In this document: positions 28,444-36,537 of the stretch, piece by piece
Position numbering within the stretch: position 1 is the stretch's first letter
Layout: every line of letters starts with the position of its first letter
Virus record (IMG/VR): IMGVR_UViG_3300033141_006329
Location: 159,371-223,370 of that record
DNA length: 64,000 nucleotides
Reading direction: 5' to 3' (one strand)
Translations under genes and position numbers: made by a program
Notes under the pieces: model-generated
Database searches by the model: none
Told to the model about the DNA's origin: nothing
Seen by the model: the letters and a program-made list of their open reading frames with translations, nothing else

Positions 28444-28738
28444 ATTTTATACCTCTCTCCCATATCTCCTCTAATAAATTATCAGTTACATATTCATCAA
28501 CAGCATTTGATACAAGATTTAACAATTGTTCACACCGACTTACTAAGTTTTCGTTCTGATACATATCGAAATGCCAACCATTCTTAGTCATAATCAAACC
28601 ACTGAATACTAAGTCGTGAAATCTATAATATATCATCTCACACTCTAATCCAATTGTATTTCCCTCATGTTTATATGTAGCGGGATATTCAGTATTATAA
28701 TATATAGTCATAATATCTTTTTCAAATACAATTTTCAT
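28436..28738 (-). CDS. Array family protein, subfamily A
   Basis: MKIVF; IMTKNGW; NAVDEYVTDNLLEEIWERG. Confidence 0.75.
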   Translation of the reverse strand: MKIVFEKDIMTIYYNTEYPATYKHEGNTIGLECEMIYYRFHDLVFSGLIMTKNGWHFDMYQNENLVSRCEQLLNLVSNAVDEYVTDNLLEEIWERGIKYE

Positions 28739-29064
28739 AGGACCGATCCCCTACTACTAAAACCAACCAATAGTTCATCAAATCCTATATAATCATCCAC
28801 ACCAAAATCTATAGCTTTAAGAAGCTTCCACTGAAATTCTGTTTCCAGAGCGCGTTTATCGCTAAACCACCCCTGATTACGCATTACCAACTTATTGTAA
28901 TACGTAGTTCTAAACCTATACGATAGAAATTCATCTTCAATGCTCAAATAACCTATGTTAACTGAGCTAATGTCTGACCCTATATAATAGTTTATATACA
29001 ATTGATCCTCTTCAAAAACTGCTTGTAAGCTAAATCTATATGTCAGTTTCACTTTTCTTGTCAT
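28735..29064 (-). CDS. Array family protein, subfamily A
   Basis: VMRNQGW; FGVDDYIGFDELLVGFSSRG. Confidence 0.75.
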   Translation of the reverse strand: MTRKVKLTYRFSLQAVFEEDQLYINYYIGSDISSVNIGYLSIEDEFLSYRFRTTYYNKLVMRNQGWFSDKRALETEFQWKLLKAIDFGVDDYIGFDELLVGFSSRGSVL

Positions 29065-29366
29065 ACCTCTAACCCTTTCCCACTAAATCCTATTAACAAA
29101 TCATCCATCTTCAAATAATTATCCATCCCTTTAGGTATTGCTCTAACCGCAACAACCATTATGCTTTCAAACCCTTCTATAATAGAAGGATAGGACCACC
29201 CATCCTTATCCATTATTATTTTTTTAACGCACAGATCTTTATCAAAATCATATGAAATATTTTCATAATCAATACATAGATTGCCCTGATGAGCTGGAGC
29301 ATTGGCGTTGGGAAAATAAATAAATATTTCCTTATCTGTAACTGTTACTTCGACTGGTATATTCAT
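29061..29366 (-). CDS. Array family protein, subfamily A
   Basis: IMDKDGW; GMDNYLKMDDLLIGFSGKG. Confidence 0.75.
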   Translation of the reverse strand: MNIPVEVTVTDKEIFIYFPNANAPAHQGNLCIDYENISYDFDKDLCVKKIIMDKDGWSYPSIIEGFESIMVVAVRAIPKGMDNYLKMDDLLIGFSGKGLEV

Positions 29367-29668
29367 GATAATACTCCTGCTCCTTTCTCACCAAATTTCA
29401 ATAGTAAATCCTCAAATTTTATATATTTATCTATCCCTATTGATAGTGCCCTGTATAATTCATTCATGGCATTATCATACCCACCCTCGACATTAGGTAC
29501 ATTCCAACCATCTTTGGTTATAGTTAAATAATCGAAGCATATATCATCGAATTGATAAGTAGTGTATCCTTCTCCAACCATTCTTCCTTCATGCATTGTT
29601 TTGCTGAAGTCATAAAATAATATCATCTTTTTGTTTTCAAATGTTATCTCCAATCTTTCATATGCCAT
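29363..29668 (-). CDS. Array family protein, subfamily A
   Basis: ITKDGW; GIDKYIKFEDLLLKFGEKG. Confidence 0.75.
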   Translation of the reverse strand: MAYERLEITFENKKMILFYDFSKTMHEGRMVGEGYTTYQFDDICFDYLTITKDGWNVPNVEGGYDNAMNELYRALSIGIDKYIKFEDLLLKFGEKGAGVLS

Positions 29669-29990
29669 AGACTATTCCTCCCGTCCCAATATTAAACAAA
29701 AGATCCTCAAACTTTATGTATACATCAGTATAATAATCCATAGCCGCAAATAGATCATTCATAGCATCATTCTTATTTTTGGAAGTAATCCTATTAACAA
29801 CCCAGCCCTCTTCCCGCAGTGTTAGTGTATTAAAACAGACTCCTGAAAATTCATATGTAAGAAAATTTTCATCTCCAATACATATGGAACCCTCATAACT
29901 CGCATAACATCCACCATTTTTGTAGTAGTTTATCCTTATCGCAAATCCTGAAAAAGTTATATTTAGATCACAATCGTCTCCTGTATCCAT
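29658..29990 (-). CDS. Array family protein, subfamily A
   Basis: LREEGW; TDVYIKFEDLLFNIGTGG. Confidence 0.75.
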   Translation of the reverse strand: MDTGDDCDLNITFSGFAIRINYYKNGGCYASYEGSICIGDENFLTYEFSGVCFNTLTLREEGWVVNRITSKNKNDAMNDLFAAMDYYTDVYIKFEDLLFNIGTGGIVYGI

Positions 29991-30003
29991 CAGATTTTCT
30001 CCT

Positions 30004-30345
30004 TCATATTGTTATTCCTTTCCTGCCGAAATTGTCCATAAATTCTATAATTCCTATATAATCATCTACCCCTGCATTTATCGCTTTGTATAAATAATTC
30101 ATCTCAACTATCTCCGAATCTTGATAGAGTATTTCATTTATGTACCAACCATTCTTATTCATTATTAGTCTATTGAAATATAGTTCATACTCTTTAGGAA
30201 ATGAATAGGTCATATCCTCAACTTTCAAAAACCCCATATATACTGCAGGTATATCGATCATTTTTCCTGTTATACTCGGCATATAAATAGATATTGTCAT
30301 GGCAAGTATATCATCTGTGAATTTCACCTTTGTAAGATACATCAC
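30004..30345 (-). CDS. Array family protein, subfamily A
   Basis: IMNKNGW; AGVDDYIGIIEFMDNFGRKG. Confidence 0.75.
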   Translation of the reverse strand: MMYLTKVKFTDDILAMTISIYMPSITGKMIDIPAVYMGFLKVEDMTYSFPKEYELYFNRLIMNKNGWYINEILYQDSEIVEMNYLYKAINAGVDDYIGIIEFMDNFGRKGITI

Positions 30346-30634
30346 TTATTCCTTTCTCTCCAAACTTCACTAATAAATCAGTTGTAAATACATCAACTCC
30401 TCTCATTGCTTCTCTTCGAAGATTAAGTTCGAATGCGCGTTCAATGCAACCGTTTATATCCACATACCAACTACCATCTTCACGCATTTCTATTCCTTTG
30501 ATACTTGTAAGTCCAAATTTGTAATATATGGGATCGCATTGAGTTAGATATCCTTCAATTGTATATTCATCATCAGAAAAAGATCCATACCCATAGGTCA
30601 CAATCATTTTATCATCCTCAAATCTTATTTTCAT
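30311..30634 (-). CDS. Array family protein, subfamily A
   Basis: MKIRF; MREDGSW; GVDVFTTDLLVKFGEKG. Confidence 0.75.
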   Translation of the reverse strand: MKIRFEDDKMIVTYGYGSFSDDEYTIEGYLTQCDPIYYKFGLTSIKGIEMREDGSWYVDINGCIERAFELNLRREAMRGVDVFTTDLLVKFGEKGISDVSYKGEIHR

Positions 30635-30644
30635 ATTTCATCCC
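30616..30644. repeat. 29-nt exact direct repeat spanning a gene junction (copy 1)
   Basis: CCTCAAATCTTATTTTCATATTTCATCCC, also at 30894-30922. Confidence 0.85.
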
Positions 30645-30912
30645 CTTTATAATATAACATAGTTAACAGATTATCAGTTATGTATTCATCAATTCCGCAA
30701 TTAGCCGATTTACAGAATAAGATAGAATCTTTTTTGGATGGGATTTTATGAGGTTCTGTGATAAAAATCCAACCCCCCTCATTCAAACTTAAAACGGTCT
30801 TAAAATTTTTAAAATCATAATATATATGATCGGAGTCAAAGTTTAGAGAGCCTATATTGTTGATATTAGTAAATTCTATGGTCATCTTTTTTGCCTCAAA
30901 TCTTATTTTCAT
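30631..30912 (-). CDS. Array family protein, subfamily A
   Basis: MKIRF; LNEGGW; GIDEYITDNLLTMLYYKG. Confidence 0.75.
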   Translation of the reverse strand: MKIRFEAKKMTIEFTNINNIGSLNFDSDHIYYDFKNFKTVLSLNEGGWIFITEPHKIPSKKDSILFCKSANCGIDEYITDNLLTMLYYKGDEI

Positions 30913-30922
30913 ATTTCATCCC
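30894..30922. repeat. 29-nt exact direct repeat (copy 2)
   Basis: Same sequence as 30616-30644. Confidence 0.85.
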
Positions 30923-31192
30923 CTTGTAATATATACTATTCAACAAATTATCAGTTACGTAATCGTCTATACCATCAGTTGTTTTTCTTAATACCATATA
31001 TATAATATCATTATAACCACCACTTACATTAGGTGTATCACAACATTTCTTTGTTATTATCAGGGTATCGAAACGCAAATTTTTAAATTTATAAGAAATA
31101 CATTCATCGTTATAATAATCTAAATTACCCATATGTTGATAATATTTATTATATGTCACAATCATCTGATCTTCTGTAAATTTCACCTTCAT
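30896..31192 (-). CDS. Array family protein, subfamily A
   Basis: MKVKF; GIDDYVTDNLLNSIYYKG. Confidence 0.75.
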   Translation of the reverse strand: MKVKFTEDQMIVTYNKYYQHMGNLDYYNDECISYKFKNLRFDTLIITKKCCDTPNVSGGYNDIIYMVLRKTTDGIDDYVTDNLLNSIYYKGMKYENKI

Positions 31193-31488
31193 ATTTCATC
31201 TCCTATTTGATACATACCTTCCAGAATATTATCTGTTACATATTTATCAACAGCTACTGACATTGCCTTATATAATTTACACATGCTATCATTATCATCA
31301 GAGTTATCTTTATAATCATGTGCAACCCAACCATTCTCGGTCATCTCTAAACTTTGAAAAATTAACTCATGTGTAAAATCATATATTAACCATTCACGCA
31401 ATAATCCAGCAAGTGTAATTGTATCATCGCCGCCACTATTACAGGTTATAAACATCTTTTTTGGTTTAAATTCTACTACCATATCCAT
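31189..31488 (-). CDS. Array family protein, subfamily A
   Basis: EMTENGW; AVDKYVTDNILEGMYQIG. Confidence 0.75.
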   Translation of the reverse strand: MDMVVEFKPKKMFITCNSGGDDTITLAGLLREWLIYDFTHELIFQSLEMTENGWVAHDYKDNSDDNDSMCKLYKAMSVAVDKYVTDNILEGMYQIGDEI

Positions 31489-31817
31489 CCACCTATTCCT
31501 CCCTCAAATAACACATTCAATAATTCATCTGTATTGATACTAATCCAAATATTATGGAATGCTGTTTTCATAATAATTTTTATCATATCTCCAAGTTCAT
31601 TATCTACAAAAAACTCATCCAATATCTTAACTAAAACTTCTACAAAATGGGGGGAAGTATTGGAAAAGGATATGTTATAATGAAAAACACTTTTGAGATA
31701 TATAGTAGTAAACCTATGATTCCAAAATATCTGCAAATTTCTATTTTTACCCAATCCCATATAATAACAAAGTTTGCTATTCTCAGTTTTTCTAATCCTG
31801 CGTCCTGCCGGTTTCAT
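31476..31817 (-). CDS. Array family protein
   Basis: C-terminal TDELLNVLFEGG. Confidence 0.7.
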   Translation of the reverse strand: MKPAGRRIRKTENSKLCYYMGLGKNRNLQIFWNHRFTTIYLKSVFHYNISFSNTSPHFVEVLVKILDEFFVDNELGDMIKIIMKTAFHNIWISINTDELLNVLFEGGIGGWIW

Positions 31818-32140
31818 ATCTTGACTCCTTTCTCATACATCTCTCCCACAAAAGAATCGATATCTACCGATACAGTAGCATGATTATTCCTAAGTAATAC
31901 ATCTTTAAAATAACTAAAGCCTTTCTTATCAATAGCATTCATCATAACTTCCTTAAGTATATTTCTAAAGGACTTTTCGCCCAATTCGAACGTAATAACG
32001 GCAAAGTCTGACTCCGCCCAATAATAATTACATGCTAAATGCCACCTATCTGAATAATATGAATGAATCACATCATTCCCCTCCAAACATTTATCAACAT
32101 CCATACAATAATCAATTGCGTTACTGCGAACCCATTCCAT
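31814..32140 (-). CDS. Array family protein (pair with 32121)
   Basis: MEW..CMDVDKCLEG; IDSFVGEMYEKG. Confidence 0.7.
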   Translation of the reverse strand: MEWVRSNAIDYCMDVDKCLEGNDVIHSYYSDRWHLACNYYWAESDFAVITFELGEKSFRNILKEVMMNAIDKKGFSYFKDVLLRNNHATVSVDIDSFVGEMYEKGVKI

Positions 32141-32462
32141 ATTCTCCTCCTTTCTCATACATTGTTTCAATTAATAAACTAATATCTATGATCAGCTCTG
32201 CGCCAATATTCCTATTGATCGAATCCTTAAAATCTTCAAATCCTTTTCTATCTACCGCATCTATCATAAATTCCTTAAGTGTATCTCTAAACGATTCTCC
32301 CACATGATTAAATATAATACAACAGTATTCAAAATGCAACATATAATTAGTAGAAAGTATCCACCTATCATCGGAACAATAAGAATAAATTATACAATCA
32401 CCCTCAACACACATATCCACATCTTTACAAAATCCTACAGAAGCTTCGTGATACCATCTCAT
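32121..32462 (-). CDS. Array family protein
   Basis: MRW..CKDVDMCVEG; ISLLIETMYEKGG. Confidence 0.7.
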   Translation of the reverse strand: MRWYHEASVGFCKDVDMCVEGDCIIYSYCSDDRWILSTNYMLHFEYCCIIFNHVGESFRDTLKEFMIDAVDRKGFEDFKDSINRNIGAELIIDISLLIETMYEKGGEYGMGSQ

Positions 32463-32752
32463 ATATTTGCTCCTTTCTCAAACATCTCAAGTAATAAATC
32501 ATCATTAAAGCCGAATACAGAATAATTAAATACACTGATAGATTCCTCAGTAAACTCGAAATTCTTAACAATATTTTTCAAATCTTTTTCAAGTTCTTTC
32601 ACCCGGCTGTTATTAACCAAAAATGCTATATAGCCCCAATCGTCTCCTAACTTCGTCCTTCCAATTCGTACCGTTACCCAACCATAATGAATATTTGGAA
32701 TATAACTCTCTGTACTATATACATTCAGAAACTTATCATCTTCAGGTATCAT
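32459..32752 (-). CDS. Array family protein
   Basis: C-terminal NDDLLLEMFEKG. Confidence 0.7.
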   Translation of the reverse strand: MIPEDDKFLNVYSTESYIPNIHYGWVTVRIGRTKLGDDWGYIAFLVNNSRVKELEKDLKNIVKNFEFTEESISVFNYSVFGFNDDLLLEMFEKGANI

Positions 32753-33119
32753 AACTAGTCCCTTCCTTATTAAAAATACGCATCAAATCATCAGTATCTA
32801 ATATTATAGTACCGATTTCCGGAATAAATTCACTTAGTAAACCACCCTTATAATATTTAGTCTCCATTATTTCAGTTAAGGATTTTATTTGTCCCATACT
32901 GATATTATGCATATAATAAAATGTAATATAATTTTGAATGTAATGACAATTTGAACTAGTATCCTTAAGCTGAAAGCTCACAGTATTTGATAAACTCAGT
33001 CCCACATAAAGAGATTTTGCCTTATCTGGAATATCTGCGCTATAAGATTTTACCCACCAATATTTAGTCGTGTCGACCTTCTTATATACCCACTCACCTA
33101 ATTTTTTTATGTGTTTCAT
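32742..33119 (-). CDS. Array family protein
   Basis: C-terminal TDDLMRIFNKEG. Confidence 0.7.
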   Translation of the reverse strand: MKHIKKLGEWVYKKVDTTKYWWVKSYSADIPDKAKSLYVGLSLSNTVSFQLKDTSSNCHYIQNYITFYYMHNISMGQIKSLTEIMETKYYKGGLLSEFIPEIGTIILDTDDLMRIFNKEGTSYDT

Positions 33120-33481
33120 ATCATAACTCCTTCAATACAAATAATATTCAAATATTCTTCGGTTTCAAACGATGTTGTTATGGGGTTGTAAATATTTTCA
33201 CCTGTAATAATTAATTTTTTTATATCCTGCTCTTTGTCATACTTCTCATCTAAAATAGTTTTTATATATTTGTGTAATCTTTCATCTGCATTTTGAAATT
33301 CTAATGTGTATAGAGACGACATGGCTGAGGGGCTAGTTTTTGTAACTGAAAGCAATACATCATTCACGCGATAATAATAATCTAATCTTATTGTCAAATC
33401 ACTATGATAACTAGTCTCGGTGCCATCTAAATATATATTTCCTGTCAATCCGCTTCTTTTCCAACTTAGCATATAATACAT
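33116..33481 (-). CDS. Array family protein (paralog of 62711)
   Basis: TGNIYL..LDYY; TEEYLNIICIEG. Confidence 0.7.
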   Translation of the reverse strand: MYYMLSWKRSGLTGNIYLDGTETSYHSDLTIRLDYYYRVNDVLLSVTKTSPSAMSSLYTLEFQNADERLHKYIKTILDEKYDKEQDIKKLIITGENIYNPITTSFETEEYLNIICIEGVMI

Positions 33482-33801
33482 CCTCCCGTTAACATAATGT
33501 TCAAGGTGTCTTTTTCCCTTAAGCGATAACTGTTCTTGTCCGGGTCTATATTATCTAATTTATTATACAATTCTTCCATACTCAAATCACTAAGAAGATC
33601 ACAAGCAATATCAACTAGTTTGCGCTTGTTTCTTCCCATATCGCACTCGAATATAATACCACTACCACGTTCTACCTCTCTTCTGAACATTATTATCTGT
33701 ATATATGTCTTCACGAAATACCTTATAATCAACTCAAACTCACCAGACCGATATGAATAGATATTTCCCTTGCATTTGAATTGATCTCTATTTATCCTCA
33801 T
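33466..33801 (-). CDS. Array family protein (pair with 33788)
   Basis: C-terminal KDTLNIMLTGG. Confidence 0.7.
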   Translation of the reverse strand: MRINRDQFKCKGNIYSYRSGEFELIIRYFVKTYIQIIMFRREVERGSGIIFECDMGRNKRKLVDIACDLLSDLSMEELYNKLDNIDPDKNSYRLREKDTLNIMLTGGCIIC

Positions 33802-34126
33802 ATCCTACACCCTCCCCTATCATAATTTCTAATATATCAACCTCCTTAAATGTTGGGCTATATTTTTCTGGATCTACTTTTTCAAAATTCTCATACAATA
33901 TATTCATAGGTGTTTCACTAATTATCTCACACATAATATCGGTAACTTTATCGATGCAATTTTCCAGATAATACTTAAAGCGAATGCCAAACCCTATCTC
34001 CTCATTGTCCTTAAAAATTAATACCTGGGGCTGATCAAATCGTATAACAACGACAAACTTACCGTGTTGATACCTTCGATAATTACTATTGCGAGAAACC
34101 TCAAATAAATCCTTATAATTTTTCAT
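33788..34126 (-). CDS. Array family protein
   Basis: C-terminal VDILEIMIGEG. Confidence 0.7.
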   Translation of the reverse strand: MKNYKDLFEVSRNSNYRRYQHGKFVVVIRFDQPQVLIFKDNEEIGFGIRFKYYLENCIDKVTDIMCEIISETPMNILYENFEKVDPEKYSPTFKEVDILEIMIGEGVGYEDK

Positions 34127-34484
34127 AACTCTCTCCTGAATAATAAAAACAGTTAATGATCCCACATAGATTAATATACATACTTTCCATTGTACAATCT
34201 TTATAATGCATCTTATTCAAATGCCAATATAATCGTTCAAAACCAAATGTTGATAATAGAGAGGAAATCATATACAGATTAAAATCTAATATACCCGGCA
34301 ACCTAAAGTTTAAATTTATTGCATTATTGCTATTATTAAAAATACGTAACAGAATCCGATCAATAGGATCATGTATTATGTAATATATAGGGCTAATTCC
34401 CAACTTCTCTGTTTTATGATATGTAAAACCAAAATAATCCTTGCTCACCTGCCAATTGATGTTATATCTAACTATATCTTTCAT
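34113..34484 (-). CDS. Array family protein
   Basis: INW N-terminus; LCGIINCFYYSG. Confidence 0.65.
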   Translation of the reverse strand: MKDIVRYNINWQVSKDYFGFTYHKTEKLGISPIYYIIHDPIDRILLRIFNNSNNAINLNFRLPGILDFNLYMISSLLSTFGFERLYWHLNKMHYKDCTMESMYINLCGIINCFYYSGESYEKL

Positions 34485-34836
34485 CCATACCTACCCCCTT
34501 AAATATCCAATCCTCATCATGTTCAATATAATAAACATCTTCCATAATATCCCCAATATGCGGATATGCTCCTAACATACCTGCCTCAATACAATTCCTA
34601 ATAATACTAAATAAGTAGATCAGATCAATATGATTTAATCCTTTAACAGTGCATATTACTTGCATGTTACTAGACCCCTCTACATTCGGAGCTATTAAAA
34701 CCACATATTTATAGTTACCATATAATTTTATGTATACAGGATAATCATACTTATTTTCAAAGTTACTCTCTGTAGTCCATACATCATCATCTCTAAACCT
34801 CCATTCATATCCTAAACAAACTATATATCTATTCAT
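34468..34836 (-). CDS. Array family protein (divergent tag)
   Basis: YEW N-terminus; HDEDWIFKG. Confidence 0.6.
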   Translation of the reverse strand: MNRYIVCLGYEWRFRDDDVWTTESNFENKYDYPVYIKLYGNYKYVVLIAPNVEGSSNMQVICTVKGLNHIDLIYLFSIIRNCIEAGMLGAYPHIGDIMEDVYYIEHDEDWIFKGVGMDERYS

Positions 34837-35165
34837 ATTTCCACCCCCTCATACATGAAATCGATCTCATAATATGTCATATGTAAAGCCGACATAAAAT
34901 GATCAAACTGTTCAATGCCATAATGTAACAAATCTAGTATACAATTAATAAAAATCCGAGCCTCGTTAGTATCACAATTCATAGTCAATACTGAATAAGG
35001 ATGAGAAAAGTTAATAGCACACCCGCCAGTACATTTGAATATCTCGATGGATTTATTTTCAATATTCATCTTATAATATGTCTCATTATCGATATCATAT
35101 CCTGAACTCCAGCTAGAATTTCTCTTCATATCCCACGCCTCCATGCATGAAATCAATTTCCTCAT
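34833..35165 (-). CDS. Array family protein (pair with 35113)
   Basis: FSHPYSVLTMNC; YEIDFMYEG. Confidence 0.65.
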   Translation of the reverse strand: MRKLISCMEAWDMKRNSSWSSGYDIDNETYYKMNIENKSIEIFKCTGGCAINFSHPYSVLTMNCDTNEARIFINCILDLLHYGIEQFDHFMSALHMTYYEIDFMYEGVEI

Positions 35166-35415
35166 GATGTATATATAATTTTGTCATAAAATACTCAATA
35201 TTCATGTCCAATAATTTCCTAACAATATCAATGAAAATTACACCATCTAATATATTACAACTCATTGTTAAACACTGGTAAGGGTGAGAATAAACAACAA
35301 CACAACCACCAAGATAACATTCAAATAGGTCTAATCTCTTTTTACCACCAAATGTATAATATAAATTACTATCAGTGTCATGATCACTCATCCAACCATT
35401 CGGATAATTTTTCAT
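35113..35415 (-). CDS. Array family protein, first gene of the array
   Basis: YSHPYQCLTMSC; EEIDFMHGG; start MKNYP after AAAGGAG. Confidence 0.65.
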   Translation of the reverse strand: MKNYPNGWMSDHDTDSNLYYTFGGKKRLDLFECYLGGCVVVYSHPYQCLTMSCNILDGVIFIDIVRKLLDMNIEYFMTKLYIHHEEIDFMHGGVGYEEKF

Positions 35416-35444
35416 TTTTATATCTCCTTTCAAAAATTAACAAT

Positions 35445-35459
35445 AAAATATTTTGTCCT
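35445..35459 (-). promoter_or_regulatory. Degenerate late-like motif facing the array
   Basis: AGGACAAAATATTTT. Confidence 0.35.
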
Positions 35460-35470
35460 CTTAATCATAA

Positions 35471-35485
35471 AGGACAAATTATAAA
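35471..35485 (+). promoter_or_regulatory. Putative late promoter motif
   Basis: AGGACAAATTATAAA. Confidence 0.6.
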
Positions 35486-35562
35486 GACATGTCACCTCAA
35501 TAAAGCCCCTCATAGGTGACACATAGGGTCGGTTCCTTATATGGATCCGGCCCATTTATTTA
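35486..35562 (+). ncRNA. Candidate small two-hairpin RNA
   Basis: TGTCACCT/AGGTGACA stem then GGGTCGG..CCGGCCC stem and T-rich tail, directly behind a promoter motif; no ORF. Confidence 0.4.
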
Positions 35563-35614
35563 TATCAAAATCCACATACCTAAACATATAATCCCTCTCA
35601 GATAAGAATTATAA

Positions 35615-35629
35615 AGGACAAACTATAAA
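35615..35629 (+). promoter_or_regulatory. Putative late promoter motif
   Basis: AGGACAAACTATAAA upstream of the tube gene. Confidence 0.65.
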
Positions 35630-35677
35630 CAAGATTATTTCATATAGTTAATCATATATTAAAAAGGAGAATTAGAA

Positions 35678-36412
35678 ATGGGATTACCAAATAGTTTTAA
35701 AAGTATTACAGAGAATGGTTTTTCTAGAAAATGGGGAGGCGCACAATCAAGTACTGTTGATCCTTATATTTCAGGATATTTTCATACTAACTGGGCATAT
35801 ATACCAAATACATTGGTAGATCAAGTCAAAGTACCCGCAGGACCGGATGGGATAGAAAATATAGGCAATATTCAAGAGATACTAAGATCATCTTGTCTTG
35901 CTGTAACACTACCTGGTGGTACGGTAAACAAGGCTGAGTTTTCAGGGCTTGGTGGGATCAAATGGGCCGCGCCTACAAATGTAGAATTCGATAATACAGT
36001 AACCGTAAAATTCTTAGAATTTTCTGGATTACCAATAATGTCTATTGTTAGTGGTTGGGTAAGATTGATAAGAGATTATAGAGCAGGTGTCAGTCCACTT
36101 AAAGCCGGTACCTATGGTAAATCCAATTATGCTGGTACTATGTATTACTGGACCACTCAACCAGATGGTATACAGGTTGAGTATGCTGCTTGTATATCAG
36201 GCATGTTTCCAATGAAGGATCCTATGGATCAATTTGGTGGAGATCTTACTACTTATGATAAATTAGAAATGGATATTGATTTTAATGCTGATTACGTATG
36301 GCGAGAGAGTTGGGTTTACGATAGATGCACAACATTGTCTGCGGCATTGGCTGCACAGATTGAAACGCCGATTAATGCTTATGGTGCTACTACTGAACCT
36401 GCTGGCGCATAA
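35678..36412 (+). CDS. Tail tube protein (T4 gp19-like)
   Basis: CLAVTLPG..PTNVEFDNTVTVKFLE..GMFP..MDIDFNADY pattern. Confidence 0.85.
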   Translation: MGLPNSFKSITENGFSRKWGGAQSSTVDPYISGYFHTNWAYIPNTLVDQVKVPAGPDGIENIGNIQEILRSSCLAVTLPGGTVNKAEFSGLGGIKWAAPTNVEFDNTVTVKFLEFSGLPIMSIVSGWVRLIRDYRAGVSPLKAGTYGKSNYAGTMYYWTTQPDGIQVEYAACISGMFPMKDPMDQFGGDLTTYDKLEMDIDFNADYVWRESWVYDRCTTLSAALAAQIETPINAYGATTEPAGA

Positions 36413-36436
36413 ATAATATTACAATAAAAAATCAAT

Positions 36437-36467
36437 GGGGTAGAGCATTTGTCTCTGCCCCTCTTTT
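36437..36467 (+). terminator. Intrinsic terminator
   Basis: GGGGTAGAG..CTCTGCCCC-TCTTTT. Confidence 0.8.
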
Positions 36468-36505
36468 CCTCAATAAAAAATTTAAATAAAAACTCATTTC
36501 TCTTA

Positions 36506-36528
36506 TCATAATTTAATATATATAATAG
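36506..36528 (-). promoter_or_regulatory. Motif class 2, no downstream gene
   Basis: CTATTATATATATTAAATTATGA. Confidence 0.5.
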
Positions 36529-36537
36529 AATTCAATA

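Noticed and set aside
23974-35415. Array as a diversity-generating retroelement or integron
   Set aside because: No reverse transcriptase, TR/VR pair, tyrosine integrase or attC-like palindromes in the window; the genes overlap with no spacer DNA.
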